The notes beneath the pieces are model-generated. The model was not told the DNA's origin, made no database searches, and worked only from the letters and a program-made list of their open reading frames with translations. From contig CAIWHP010000084.1 of assembly GCA_903912445.1 (NCBI GenBank), positions 3,621-67,620 of the forward strand: 64,000 nt of DNA, given 5' to 3'. The stretch is from an uncultured Lentisphaerota bacterium. GTDB lineage: Bacteria > Verrucomicrobiota > Kiritimatiellia > CAIQIC01. Position numbers and translations under genes: made by a program. Every line of letters begins with the position of its first letter. Position 1 is the first letter of the stretch. Of the stretch, positions 40,602 through 50,563 are shown one piece after another.

Positions 40602-42809
40602 ATGACTCAACAAGATCCGATTCCATCCGATTCTTCGAAGCATGACGAGTGGTTCCTCGCCCAATTGGAAAAGCTGCCGGACATGGCGCCGGCCTTGCTG
40701 GACTTTCTCGATGCGCAGACGGCGCAGGGGCGGCTGGAGCAGGCCGATCAATGGTCCGAACTGCTGCTGGATGTGCTGGTCGAGCGCGCGGCGGTGGCCT
40801 TGGCGGTCGAATGCGTTCGTCGCCGTGCGTCGTGGTGGCCGGGCGTGCCGGAGAAGCGCGCGCTCTGGATGAAGCTCGCGCAACGGGCCCTGTCGCCGGT
40901 CCGCGAACTGCAGGGGCTCGCCAGTCACTCCGGCTTCGAGTCGCCGGTGCCGATGGCCGAATGTTTCCGCCGCCTGAAGCTCCTCTTGCTCCTGAAGCCG
41001 GGCTTGATGTGCCTCGACAAGACCTGGGGTTTTGGCGTGGTCCAGCGCGCGGACACGTTCTACGGGCGGGTGACGATCGATTTCGAGAAAAAGCGCGCCC
41101 ACGAGATGTCGCTGAGCTATGCGGCGGAGGCGCTGCAGTTGCCGGCCGCGGATCACATCCTCGTGCTGCGGCACCAGCAGCCCGACGAACTGCGCGCACT
41201 GGTCAAGGACGACGCGGCCGAGGTGGTCCGCCGGGCGCTGCGCAGTTTCGGCGCGCTGACGGCCGACGCGCTGCAGAAGCGGCTGGTGCCGGACGTCGTC
41301 GGCGAGGCCGACTGGAAGCGCTTCTGGGACGCCGCGCGCAAGGGGCTCAAGCAGGACCCGCTCGTCAAGCTGCCGGCCAAGCGCACCGAGACGATCCAGC
41401 TGCTGCAGAAGGCGCACGCCTACGATGCGGACTGGTTTGCCGTGTTTGCCAGGGAGCGTCACGTCCAGCCGATCCTCGACCACAGCGATGAACTGATCGT
41501 GGCGGGCGCCGAGGTGACGTGGAACGAGATGACGCGCGCGGCGGCCGCCGAACGGCTCGCCTTTGCGGCCAAGGGCGCCGGCCCGCGCCATCCGGCGCAG
41601 CTCGCGCGCCTGCTGATCAACGCCGACGCGCTCGGCCTGACGCTGACCGCCCAGGCCCACGTGCCCACGCCGGATGTCTTCCTGAACGCGAAATTGTTGA
41701 TCGCCACCCTGCACGATCTGCCGGTGCGGCTGGCCGCCCCGTTCCTCGACTGGCTGGCGACGAAGGATGCCGCGCGCACCGCGGAGCTGCTGCTCTCCGT
41801 TCTGCCGCAGCTCGAGCTTTCCGCGCTGACCGAGGCGATGGAACTGCTGCTCAAGAGTGACCACTCCGCGACCGCGGCGCAGACGTTCCGTGCCAGCATC
41901 GCGATGCAGAAGGCCGAGGTCGAGTTCCTGCTCTGGCTCTTCCGCCACCTTGAGCAGCTCAATGCGTGGGTGCCGGATACCTGGCCGGTGCTCGCCGGCC
42001 TGGTGCTGACGGAATTGGAGAAGGATTACATGGGCGAGCGGCTGCGGGCGCAGAACCAGCTCCGCGAGCTGGTCGAGGACGAGGCGTGGGTGCGGACCAC
42101 GCTCTCGCCGATGAGCGACGTGCAGCGCCGCGATTTCCTCGAACGCGTCAAGAAGGCGCCGAACTGGGCCGAGCTGGACCGGCGTTCGGCCATGGGCTGC
42201 ATCGTGCGGATGTTCCCCGACCTGGCCGGCGTGCTGGCGAACAAGCCGGAGGCCGTCGCGGCGCCCGCGCGCCCGGCCGTCACCGCGCGCCGCAGCTACC
42301 GCGCGCGGCAGCTGCAGTTCGAGAAGATCACCAACGTCGAGATCCCGCGGATTGCGCGCGAGATCGGCGTCGCGCGCGCCCACGGCGACTTGCGCGAGAA
42401 TTTCGAGTTCAAGGCGGCCAAGGAGATGCAGTCCGTGCTGGTGCGCCGCCAGGCGGAGCTGGAGGAGATGCTCTCCCGGATCCAGCCGAGCGACTTCCGC
42501 GACCTGCCGCGCGACCGCGCGGGCCTGGGCACATGCATCGCGCTGCTCTACGCCGACGGCCACCGCGAGACGTACAACATCCTCGGCGAGTGGGACCGCG
42601 AAGAGTCGCTGAACATCATCTCGTGCAACTCGCAGCTCGCGCTCGCGGTCGAAGGCAAGCGCGCCGGCGAAGCCGTCCGGGTGCCCGCGAACGACGGCGG
42701 CACCGAGTGCCAGCTGGCCGAGGTCGGCGACCTGCCCCCGGCGGTGCAGGCGTGGATCGTCTCCGAGCCCCCGCCGCCCGAGGATGTGGGTGCCGAGAGG
42801 ACAGCATGA
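40602..42809 (+). CDS. greA: GreA/GreB family elongation factor with long N-terminal extension
   Basis: C-terminal ARAHGDLRENFEFKAAK and YNILGEWD..IISCNSQLALAVEGK; about 735 aa. Confidence 0.85.
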   Translation: MTQQDPIPSDSSKHDEWFLAQLEKLPDMAPALLDFLDAQTAQGRLEQADQWSELLLDVLVERAAVALAVECVRRRASWWPGVPEKRALWMKLAQRALSPVRELQGLASHSGFESPVPMAECFRRLKLLLLLKPGLMCLDKTWGFGVVQRADTFYGRVTIDFEKKRAHEMSLSYAAEALQLPAADHILVLRHQQPDELRALVKDDAAEVVRRALRSFGALTADALQKRLVPDVVGEADWKRFWDAARKGLKQDPLVKLPAKRTETIQLLQKAHAYDADWFAVFARERHVQPILDHSDELIVAGAEVTWNEMTRAAAAERLAFAAKGAGPRHPAQLARLLINADALGLTLTAQAHVPTPDVFLNAKLLIATLHDLPVRLAAPFLDWLATKDAARTAELLLSVLPQLELSALTEAMELLLKSDHSATAAQTFRASIAMQKAEVEFLLWLFRHLEQLNAWVPDTWPVLAGLVLTELEKDYMGERLRAQNQLRELVEDEAWVRTTLSPMSDVQRRDFLERVKKAPNWAELDRRSAMGCIVRMFPDLAGVLANKPEAVAAPARPAVTARRSYRARQLQFEKITNVEIPRIAREIGVARAHGDLRENFEFKAAKEMQSVLVRRQAELEEMLSRIQPSDFRDLPRDRAGLGTCIALLYADGHRETYNILGEWDREESLNIISCNSQLALAVEGKRAGEAVRVPANDGGTECQLAEVGDLPPAVQAWIVSEPPPPEDVGAERTA

Positions 42810-43300
42810 AGCACCTGCTCAAGCAGTTCACGCAGCGCGAGGCCAACGTCCACATCCAGTTCATCAAGTACGCCATCGCCGGCGGCATCGCCACGGCGGT
42901 GGACATGGTGACGTTCTCGCTCTGCGCGTGGCTGCTGCTGCCGGCGCTGTCGGAGAACGAGTGGATCGTGAAGCTGTTTCATATCCAGGTGCCGGTGATG
43001 AGCGACCAGGTGCGCGCGTGGCACTTCGTCGCCTGTACGGCGATCGCGTTCTGCTTCTCGAACACCACGGCCTATATCATTGACGTCCTCTGGGTATTTC
43101 ATCCCGGCCGTCATTCACGCCTCAAGGAGTTCCTCCTGTTCTTCGGCGTTTCGCTCACCTCGACCTTCGTCGGCACCGGCCTCGGCTGGATGCTGATCCG
43201 TTGGATGGGCTGGGGTGCGGCCATGTCCTACATCGCCAAAGTCGGCGCCGCGCTGGCCATCAACTACGCTGGCCGCAAGTTCTTCGTCTTCCAGCGGTGA
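42806..43300 (+). CDS. GtrA family membrane protein
   Basis: QFIKYAIAGGIATAVD..WVF..NYAGRKFFVF; ATGA overlap with greA. Confidence 0.85.
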   Translation: MKHLLKQFTQREANVHIQFIKYAIAGGIATAVDMVTFSLCAWLLLPALSENEWIVKLFHIQVPVMSDQVRAWHFVACTAIAFCFSNTTAYIIDVLWVFHPGRHSRLKEFLLFFGVSLTSTFVGTGLGWMLIRWMGWGAAMSYIAKVGAALAINYAGRKFFVFQR

Positions 43301-43303
43301 CCC

Positions 43304-44842
43304 ATGGCCCTTCCGCGCGCCAGCGGAATTCTGCTGCATCCGACCTCGCTGCCGGGCCCGTGGGGCATCGGCGAGCTCGGCCCGCAGGCCGCCGCCTTCG
43401 TCCGCGACCTCGCCGCGATGCGCCAAAAATATTGGCAGGTCCTGCCGCTCGGTCCGACCGGCTACGGCGACTCGCCCTATCAATCCTTCTCCAGTTTCGC
43501 CGGCAATCCGCTGCTGATCAGCTTCGATGCGTTGCTCGCCGATGGTTTGCTGACGCGCGCCGAGCTGGAAAAGTTCCCCGTGCTGCCGGAAGACCGCGTG
43601 GATTTCGGCGCCGTCATCCCGGCCCGCTACGCCGTGCTTCGCGCCGTCACCGCCGCGTTTGCGCAGCGCGCCTCCGCCGCGCTGCAAGACGAGTTCCGCC
43701 GCTTCTGCGCGCGGCACGCCGGCTGGCTCGATGACTACGCTTTGTTCATGGCGCTCAAGGCCGCGCACGGCGGCGGCTCGTGGACCGGCTGGCCCGCGGC
43801 ATATGCGCGCCGTGACCCGGCCGCGCTCGCCGCCGCGCGCGAACGCTGGCGCACCGAGATCGACGACGTGCGCATCCTGCAATTCCTCTTTGACCGCCAG
43901 TGGCAGGCGTTGCGCCAGCTCGCGCGGCAGCAGGGCATCCAGGTGATCGGCGACGCGCCGATCTTCGTCGCCCAGGACAGCGCCGATGTCTGGGCCAACC
44001 GGGAGCTTTTCTACCTCGACGAGGCCGGCCGCCCGACGGCGGTCGCCGGCGTGCCGCCGGATTATTTCAGCGCCACCGGCCAGCTCTGGGGCAATCCCCT
44101 CTACCGCTGGGACGCGCACGCCGCGACCGGCTACGCGTGGTGGCTTGCGCGCCTGCGCCGCACGCTGGAGCTGGTGGACCTCGTGCGGCTCGATCATTTT
44201 CGCGGCTTCGAGGCCTACTGGGAAGTTCCCGCCGGCGAGCCGACGGCGATCCACGGCCGCTGGGTGCAAGGCCCAGGCGCGCCGTTCCTCGCCGCGCTGC
44301 GCGACGCGCTGGGCGGATTGCCGTTGATCGCCGAGGATCTCGGGCTGATCACCGACGCCGTCCACCGCCTGCGCGACGAGTTCGCGCTGCCGGGGATGCG
44401 CATCCTGCAATTCAGCTTCGGCCATCTGGGGCGCGAGCCGCAGCAGCTGCCGGAGGCGTTTCCGGAAAATTGCGCCGTCTATTCCGGCACGCACGACAAC
44501 GACACCACCTGCGGCTGGTTTCACGCCGCGCCCGGCGCGAGCGACACGCGCGCCGGCGATGCCGTCCTCGCCGAGCGCGCCTACATCCTGAAATATCTCC
44601 ACAAGCGCAAAGCCACCGACATCCACTGGGCCTTCATCAGGCTCGCCTTTCAGAATCAGGCGCGGCTCGCCATCGTGCCGCTGCAGGACGTGCTCGGGCT
44701 CGGCTCCGAGGCGCGGATGAACACGCCCGGCATTCCCGGCGGCAACTGGCAGTGGCGCCTGGGCCGCGGCGCGCTCACCCGCGCGCTGAAGAATCGCCTC
44801 GCCCTCCTGACCGTGGCGACCGGCCGCGCCAGCCACGCGTAG
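43304..44842 (+). CDS. malQ: 4-alpha-glucanotransferase (GH77)
   Basis: SGILLHPTSLPG, WQVLPLGPTGYGDSPYQ, RLDHFRGF, IAEDLG, YSGTHDNDT, RMNTPG. Confidence 0.96.
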   Translation: MALPRASGILLHPTSLPGPWGIGELGPQAAAFVRDLAAMRQKYWQVLPLGPTGYGDSPYQSFSSFAGNPLLISFDALLADGLLTRAELEKFPVLPEDRVDFGAVIPARYAVLRAVTAAFAQRASAALQDEFRRFCARHAGWLDDYALFMALKAAHGGGSWTGWPAAYARRDPAALAAARERWRTEIDDVRILQFLFDRQWQALRQLARQQGIQVIGDAPIFVAQDSADVWANRELFYLDEAGRPTAVAGVPPDYFSATGQLWGNPLYRWDAHAATGYAWWLARLRRTLELVDLVRLDHFRGFEAYWEVPAGEPTAIHGRWVQGPGAPFLAALRDALGGLPLIAEDLGLITDAVHRLRDEFALPGMRILQFSFGHLGREPQQLPEAFPENCAVYSGTHDNDTTCGWFHAAPGASDTRAGDAVLAERAYILKYLHKRKATDIHWAFIRLAFQNQARLAIVPLQDVLGLGSEARMNTPGIPGGNWQWRLGRGALTRALKNRLALLTVATGRASHA

Positions 44843-44939
44843 AGGAGAGGTGCGGTCGGCTGCCCTGGGTTTCGGGGCGTCGCGTGCAGTTCAAGGTTGA
44901 GAAGCAACGCGCCGTTGGCTACAAAGCTCGCACCACCGC

Positions 44940-46067
44940 ATGAAGATTTTGCTAATAGAGTTCCGCGACATCACCCATCCCGAGGCGGGCGGCGCCGAGG
45001 TGGTGCTGCAGCAGGTGTTCCGGCGGATCGCCGCCGCCGGGCACCAGGTGGATTATCTCTGCAACCATTACCCCGGCGCCGCGCGCGAGGAAAGGCGCGA
45101 CGGCATCCGCATCATCCGGCGCGGGCGGCAGCCCTATTTCAATTTCTTCGTCCCGTGGGTCTATCATCGCGAGCTGCGGCGGAACGGCTACGACGTGATT
45201 GTCGAGGGCATCGACAAGGTCCCGTTCAACATGCCTTGGTTCGAGCGGCGTGTGCCGGTGGTGTGCATCGTGCCGCACCTGTTCGGCACCACGGTCTTCC
45301 GCGAGGCCTCGAAGCCGGTCGCCGCCTACGTCTATCTGCTGGAGCGCTCGATCTCCCGCGCCTACCGCCACTGCCTGTTTTCCGTGCTTTCCGACAGCAC
45401 CAAGGCCGACCTCACCGGGCGGGGCATCCCCGCCGCGCAGGTGCGCGTGATCCGCAGCGGACTCACGCAGGACGACTACAGCGCGCCCGCGGCCAAGCCG
45501 GCGGGCGATCACCCCGTCATCCTCTATGTCGGCCGCCTCAAGCGCTACAAGGGCATCGAGCTGGGCTTCGAGGCGGTGCGGCAGCTGCGCGCCAAGCATC
45601 CGCGCATCGAATATGCGATCGTGGGCGGTGGCGATTATCTGCCGGAGCTGAAGCGGCAGGTCGCCGCGCTCGGACTCGAGGGGCACGTCAGCTTCCGCGG
45701 TTACGTGGAGCACGCCGAGAAGGTGGCGCTGTTGCAGCGGGCGTCCGTGCTGATCTACACCTCGCCCAAGGAAGGCTGGGGCCTGTCGGTCATCGAGGCC
45801 AACGCATGCGGCACGCCGGTGGTCGCCAGCGACGCGCCGGGGCTGCGCGAGTCGGTGAAGCACGGCGAGACGGGGTTTCTCGTGCCGCACGGCGATGCCA
45901 CCGCGCTGGCGCAGCGGATCGACCAGCTGCTCTCCGACGGCGCGCTCTACGCCGCCTTCCGCCAGAACGGTCTGGCGTGGGCGCACTCGTTCACGTGGGA
46001 ACGCGCCAGCGCCGAGACGCTCGCCCTGCTCGAAGAGGCCCGCCTCCGCGGCCCGGTCCACGCCTAA
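44940..46067 (+). CDS. Glycosyltransferase family 4
   Basis: GGAE, YVGRLKRYKG, EGWGLSVIEANACGTPVV. Confidence 0.92.
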   Translation: MKILLIEFRDITHPEAGGAEVVLQQVFRRIAAAGHQVDYLCNHYPGAAREERRDGIRIIRRGRQPYFNFFVPWVYHRELRRNGYDVIVEGIDKVPFNMPWFERRVPVVCIVPHLFGTTVFREASKPVAAYVYLLERSISRAYRHCLFSVLSDSTKADLTGRGIPAAQVRVIRSGLTQDDYSAPAAKPAGDHPVILYVGRLKRYKGIELGFEAVRQLRAKHPRIEYAIVGGGDYLPELKRQVAALGLEGHVSFRGYVEHAEKVALLQRASVLIYTSPKEGWGLSVIEANACGTPVVASDAPGLRESVKHGETGFLVPHGDATALAQRIDQLLSDGALYAAFRQNGLAWAHSFTWERASAETLALLEEARLRGPVHA

Positions 46068-46204
46068 ACCCGAAACAAAGTATGGCGCAAGCGCGGGTTT
46101 GACGGGCTGCGGATTTCTCCGCATACTGCGGCCGCGCTTTGTGGCGCCGGTGGGGCACCCGGATGGCGCCCCGCGCGGCACCCGATATGCTTTCAACAGG
46201 CAGC

Positions 46205-46663
46205 ATGGAAACGACACGCATCGCAATTTGGAAACGGCCCAATCCGCTCGAATGGATCGCCTTCTGGCAGTTTATGGGCTTCCTGCTGCTGGTGGCGGTG
46301 GTCTGGGTGGACCAGGTGCTGGATCTGCAGGAGGTCTTCTTTGGTGTGGCGCGCACCAAGGATTCGTGGCTGGGCGCGACGCTCCTGACGGTGGCGATCA
46401 TCCTCATCGGGTTCATCACGATCGCCCACACGTTCGTCCAGCAGCGGCACGCGCTGCACGGTTTTCTGCGCATCTGCACCTACTGCAAGCGGATCAAGCT
46501 CGACAACCAGAAGTGGGAGCAGATGGAGAAGTATGTGTCGGACCGCTCGCGCGCCGAGTTCTCGCACGGCATCTGCCCCGACTGCTTCCGGCGCACCGTG
46601 GCGGACCTGGAGGCGCAGGGCCTGATGGCACCCGAGCCCGCCGAAAGAAAAGATCATGCCTGA
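46205..46663 (+). CDS. Two-TM protein with C-terminal CxxC..HGICxxC putative Zn-binding domain
   Basis: Two hydrophobic helices, then GFLRICTYCKRIK..W..ME.YV..FSHGICPDC. Confidence 0.8.
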   Translation: METTRIAIWKRPNPLEWIAFWQFMGFLLLVAVVWVDQVLDLQEVFFGVARTKDSWLGATLLTVAIILIGFITIAHTFVQQRHALHGFLRICTYCKRIKLDNQKWEQMEKYVSDRSRAEFSHGICPDCFRRTVADLEAQGLMAPEPAERKDHA

Positions 46664-47681
46664 ACAAACCCTTGGTCGATTGCTCGCCGGTGCCCCCGAG
46701 GCCCTCGCGCGCGGCGCCGCCCGTTTCGCGGCGCAGCCGGTGGATTGGGATCTGCTGGCGGAGCCGGCCGCGCCGCTGCCGGCGCGGCAGACGACGCTCC
46801 AGCGAGCCTTCACCGTCGAAGGCCCGGGCACCTTCCTCGGCCGGCACCTGCGCCGGCTGACGTTCGAGCCGCGCGAGACCGGCGGCTGGTGGATCCAGCG
46901 CGACGATCAGACCGATGCCTTGCCCTTCAACGTGGCGGCGCGCAACGTGTGGACCACCGGGGACGTGGTCAGCAACATCGTCCTGCGCGCCGGCCCGCTG
47001 CACAACTATCTGCGCATGGTCGAGCACATCATCGCGCTCAAGGTCGGGCTGGGGCTCGACCACGTGCTGGTCCGCACCGAGGCCGGCGATCCGCCGCTCT
47101 TCGCGCGCGGCAGCCTCGACCTCGTCGAGGGCATCGAAAAGGCCGGGCTGCGGGAGCTCGCGGCGCCCGCGGAATATTGGACGGTGAAGGAGCCGGTCGT
47201 GATGTGCACGCCGTCCGGCGCCTTCCTCGCGCTCGCTCCGTGCCGCGGCGCGCAGCCGGAACTGCGGCTGGATTGCGCCGTGGATTTCCCGAACGCCCTA
47301 GGCCGGCAGCGCATCCGCTTCCGCGTCAATCCCGCGCTGACGCGCTACGCCTCCGAGGCGCGCACGAACACGCCGCTGTGGAAAATGTTTTACTGCAAGA
47401 CGGTCGGGAAACTCTTCGCCGACATCCGCCACCTGGGCTACACGACGGAAAACATCCTGATCGCCGGCCGCAACAGCTACTACAACACGCCGCGGCTGCT
47501 GCACGAGGGCAAGAGCCTGGAGGCGGTCTGGCACCGGGCCGTGCTCGACCTCCTCGCCGCGATCGCGCTGATCGAGGAAGGCCGTTTCTGCGGCGAGATC
47601 ACCTCGTTCAAGGCCGGGCACCACCTCGATGTGCAGCTGGTCTGCCAGCTCTACCGGCACGGGCTGCTGCGGAAATTCTGA
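46656..47681 (+). CDS. lpxC: LpxC-like UDP-3-O-acyl-GlcNAc deacetylase (divergent)
   Basis: QTTLQRAFTVEGPG, VEH, DPPLF..GS, ARTN, WHRAVLDLL, KAGH. Confidence 0.75.
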   Translation: MPEQTLGRLLAGAPEALARGAARFAAQPVDWDLLAEPAAPLPARQTTLQRAFTVEGPGTFLGRHLRRLTFEPRETGGWWIQRDDQTDALPFNVAARNVWTTGDVVSNIVLRAGPLHNYLRMVEHIIALKVGLGLDHVLVRTEAGDPPLFARGSLDLVEGIEKAGLRELAAPAEYWTVKEPVVMCTPSGAFLALAPCRGAQPELRLDCAVDFPNALGRQRIRFRVNPALTRYASEARTNTPLWKMFYCKTVGKLFADIRHLGYTTENILIAGRNSYYNTPRLLHEGKSLEAVWHRAVLDLLAAIALIEEGRFCGEITSFKAGHHLDVQLVCQLYRHGLLRKF

Positions 47682-47696
47682 CGCCGGGACGCGCCC

Positions 47697-48824
47697 ATGC
47701 TGCAACTCTGCCCTGCGCTGATGGACTGGCTGCTGTTCCTGACGATGTTCGCCATCCTCTACGGCGCCGGCGCCCACGGCTTTTCGCCCGCGCAGTGGAC
47801 CTGGCTGGGCGTGCTCATGCAAATCACCTACCTGCTGGGCAGCCTCGCCACCGGCCACCTGCTCACGCCGCGCACGACGCGTCCGCTGCTGCTCGGCAGC
47901 ACGCTGGCGAGCATCGCGCTGATGACCGCCGCGCTCTGGGCGCAGAGCTTCGTCCCGCTCGCGGCGTTGAGCGCGGGCATCGGGCTGTTCGCGGCGGTTT
48001 TCTTTACGGCGTTCCAGACCTTCATGCGCCTCGTCGCCCCGCCGGACCAGCTCCATCGCACGGCGGGCATCTATACCTGTTCCTGGAGCCTGGGCGCGGG
48101 CCTGGGGTTCCTCTCGGCGGGCAGCCTCTACAGCTTTGGCCCGGGCGGTTTGACCGCCCTCACGCTGCTGGTCGGCGGGGTGATGCTCGCCATCCTGCTC
48201 TCCAGGCACGCGCCCGCGCAATCCGTCGCCGGTGCGGAACCGCCCGCCGGCGCCCCGGAAACGGCGCACGTGCCGGAAGCCATCCGGCGCCGGTATGTCT
48301 GGATCGGCTGGCTGCTGATTTTCATCGTCGTGTTCGCCCTGCGGCCCGTGCAGACCTTCCTGCCGCCGCTCGGCGCGACGGCGCACCGCTCGGCGCTGCT
48401 GACCACGCTGCCGCTCTTCCTGCAGATCACCCTGCAGGGGCTGGCCGGCTACGCCATGCACACGCAAACCCGCTGGCTCTATCGCCGCACGCCGCTCGTG
48501 CTGCTGCAGGTGGGCGCGGCGCTCGTCTTCGTCGCGCTCGCCTGGGCGCCATCCGCCGCGGCGCTCGTCGGGCTGCCGCTGATCGGCCTCTGGTGCGGCT
48601 ACGCCTATTTCCAGGCCGTCTACTATTCCAGCAACGCCGGGCGGCGCGCGTGGAACCTGGGCGTCAACGAATTCCTCGTCGGCGGGGCGGCGCTGCTCGG
48701 GCTGTTTGCCGTAGAATTTTTCATGAAGCACACCGCGCGGCCCGAGACCGCGCTCTACCTCTGCGCCGCCGGCAGCCTGCTGGTGGCCGCGTTCGCGCTC
48801 GCCGCCCTTGCTCCGCGCCGTTGA
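47697..48824 (+). CDS. MFS-like membrane transporter
   Basis: About 11-12 hydrophobic helices in two halves with a central loop. Confidence 0.7.
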   Translation: MLQLCPALMDWLLFLTMFAILYGAGAHGFSPAQWTWLGVLMQITYLLGSLATGHLLTPRTTRPLLLGSTLASIALMTAALWAQSFVPLAALSAGIGLFAAVFFTAFQTFMRLVAPPDQLHRTAGIYTCSWSLGAGLGFLSAGSLYSFGPGGLTALTLLVGGVMLAILLSRHAPAQSVAGAEPPAGAPETAHVPEAIRRRYVWIGWLLIFIVVFALRPVQTFLPPLGATAHRSALLTTLPLFLQITLQGLAGYAMHTQTRWLYRRTPLVLLQVGAALVFVALAWAPSAAALVGLPLIGLWCGYAYFQAVYYSSNAGRRAWNLGVNEFLVGGAALLGLFAVEFFMKHTARPETALYLCAAGSLLVAAFALAALAPRR

Positions 48825-48932
48825 GTGCAGGGTTGGAAACCGCCACGACGGCGCTGCCCTGGCGCGGCAGCCTTTATCAATCGAGGGTCTGCGCGGGCGC
48901 GCCGCGCTGCGCCGCTGGGGCCTGCGGTGCGT

Positions 48933-49799
48933 TCAGCGGCTGGGCGCGCCGGGGGGCGGGGTGTAGTCGGCCGGGTAGCCGCCGCGGGCCTGCGCATAGG
49001 CGGCCATGGCGGCCGGCAGCAGTTCCAGCAGCGCCTCGTAACGCGCTTTGTCGGAGGGGTGATCGGCGAACAGGTTGAAGCCGGAGCCGCCCACGGCGCC
49101 GCCGCCCTTCTGGCCTTGCTGCATCGCGCGCTGCCAGATGCGCGGCGCGGCGCGCGGGTCGTAGCCGGCCTTGGCCATGTACATCAGCCCGACGGCGTCG
49201 GCCTGCGCCTCGTCCTTGCGCGAGTACGCCGGCAGGGCCAGCGCGCCGGTTAGCGCAAAGCCCGCGGCCAGCACCTGCGCCCACTCCTGCTGGTCCCTGA
49301 CCTCCAGCACCGCCGCCCCCACCTCGGCGGCCAGCACGAAGGGCGTGATGACGCTCAGCCGTTTGGTGGTGTGCCGGCAGTTGACGTGTGCGAGCTCGTG
49401 GGCCATGACGGCGGCCATCTCGTTCTCGTCGCGCACGAGGCCTTTCTGCGGGTGATAGAGCCCCTCGAAGACCATCATCGGGCCGCCGGGGAACGCGGCG
49501 GCGTTGACAATGTTGGTGTGGAAGATCGTGACCGTGTACGGCATGTTCGGCAGGTGGGTCACCGCGCCGATGCGGTGGACGATCGTGTTGAGTTGCGCCA
49601 CGCGGACTGGGTCGGCATTGATCGGGCAGCGCGCCTTCTTCATCTGCGCGGCATTCTGCGCCATCGCCTGCGTGCCCAGGCGGATATCGTCGTCAAGGGT
49701 GTAGTAGTTATAGGCCGAGCGGCCCGTCACCGGATCCGTCGCGCAGCCGGCGAGGCCCAGCAGCGCGAGCGAAAGCACAAACTGGAACAGCTTTTTCAT
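48933..49799 (-). CDS. M48 family metallopeptidase lipoprotein
   Basis: Lipobox LAGC-ATDPVTGR; VNAAAFPGG; AHELAH; YSRKDEAQAD; AGYDP; DHP. Confidence 0.9.
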   Translation of the reverse strand: MKKLFQFVLSLALLGLAGCATDPVTGRSAYNYYTLDDDIRLGTQAMAQNAAQMKKARCPINADPVRVAQLNTIVHRIGAVTHLPNMPYTVTIFHTNIVNAAAFPGGPMMVFEGLYHPQKGLVRDENEMAAVMAHELAHVNCRHTTKRLSVITPFVLAAEVGAAVLEVRDQQEWAQVLAAGFALTGALALPAYSRKDEAQADAVGLMYMAKAGYDPRAAPRIWQRAMQQGQKGGGAVGGSGFNLFADHPSDKARYEALLELLPAAMAAYAQARGGYPADYTPPPGAPSR

Positions 49800-50021
49800 C
49801 AACGGGTCCAAACCGTACCGGCGAACGCAGCAACGTAGCCGGACACTACACCCAATGACAAGATTTTCCATGCGGCAGGTGCCCACCGTTCCCTTCCATG
49901 GCCCACCGCGGGCTGGCGCTCAGGCCGCACGCCAGGCCGTGTCGTTTTCCACTGCCCGGGAAATACAGCCTTGGCGTCAGCGGCGTTGTACGATATGTGG
50001 GAGCTTCACTGGAGACAATCC

Positions 50022-50430
50022 ATGAACAGGCGATGGTTGATCTGCTTGCTGGCTTTTGTGTCGGCCGCACACGGCGTCGGCGTTGCGCCACTAGTGCCCG
50101 AACCCGTGCGGCAAAAGGGCGTAGATGCGCTGCAATCCCTGCCGAAAGCCGGGTGGCGTTTCGGTGGCGGAGTGGCGCTGCGTCTGGACGCAAACATTGA
50201 CCAGTGGCTGCTGCACGCGCCGGAGGCGAACCCGGCGACGGTCGAGATGTTTCGACTGCGCGACCGCCGCAGTGCCCACCGTTGTCGCCACGCAAGCCCG
50301 CGCCTGCGCGCTCGGCGGCAACCCTGCGTACACCGGCGCGCCGGAATTCCTCGCCGCCGATTTCGCCGACCTCCTGATCCGCAACCGCGCCTCGTCAGAC
50401 GAAGAAATCGCCGCGCTAAAGCACCCTTAG
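50022..50430 (+). pseudogene. Internally deleted remnant of a secreted glycoside hydrolase (GH127-like N-terminus joined to a C-terminal tail)
   Basis: RBS GGAG and signal MNRRWLICLLAFVSAAHG; LDANIDQWLLHAPEANPATVEMFRLRDR; then a switch to another frame ending ALGGNPAYTG..RASSDEEIAALKHP*. Confidence 0.5.
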
Positions 50431-50441
50431 TCGTAGCCGGT

Positions 50442-50520
50442 TTCCAAACATTGGAAACCGGAAAGGGTGTTTTTCCAAGCCTTGGAAAAGTTGGCGCGCG
50501 GCGCTTCCAAGGTTTGGAAA
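50442..50520. repeat. TTCCAA-N3-TTGGAA cluster (3 copies)
   Basis: copies at 50442, 50473, 50505. Confidence 0.9.
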
Positions 50521-50563
50521 GCGGACTCCGCCGGCGGCCGTCGTGCACATTATTATCGGCGGA

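Noticed and set aside
46745-49078. 777-aa + strand ORF overlapping lpxC-like and MFS genes
   Set aside because: Arg/Ala/Pro-rich off-frame translation typical of high-GC DNA.
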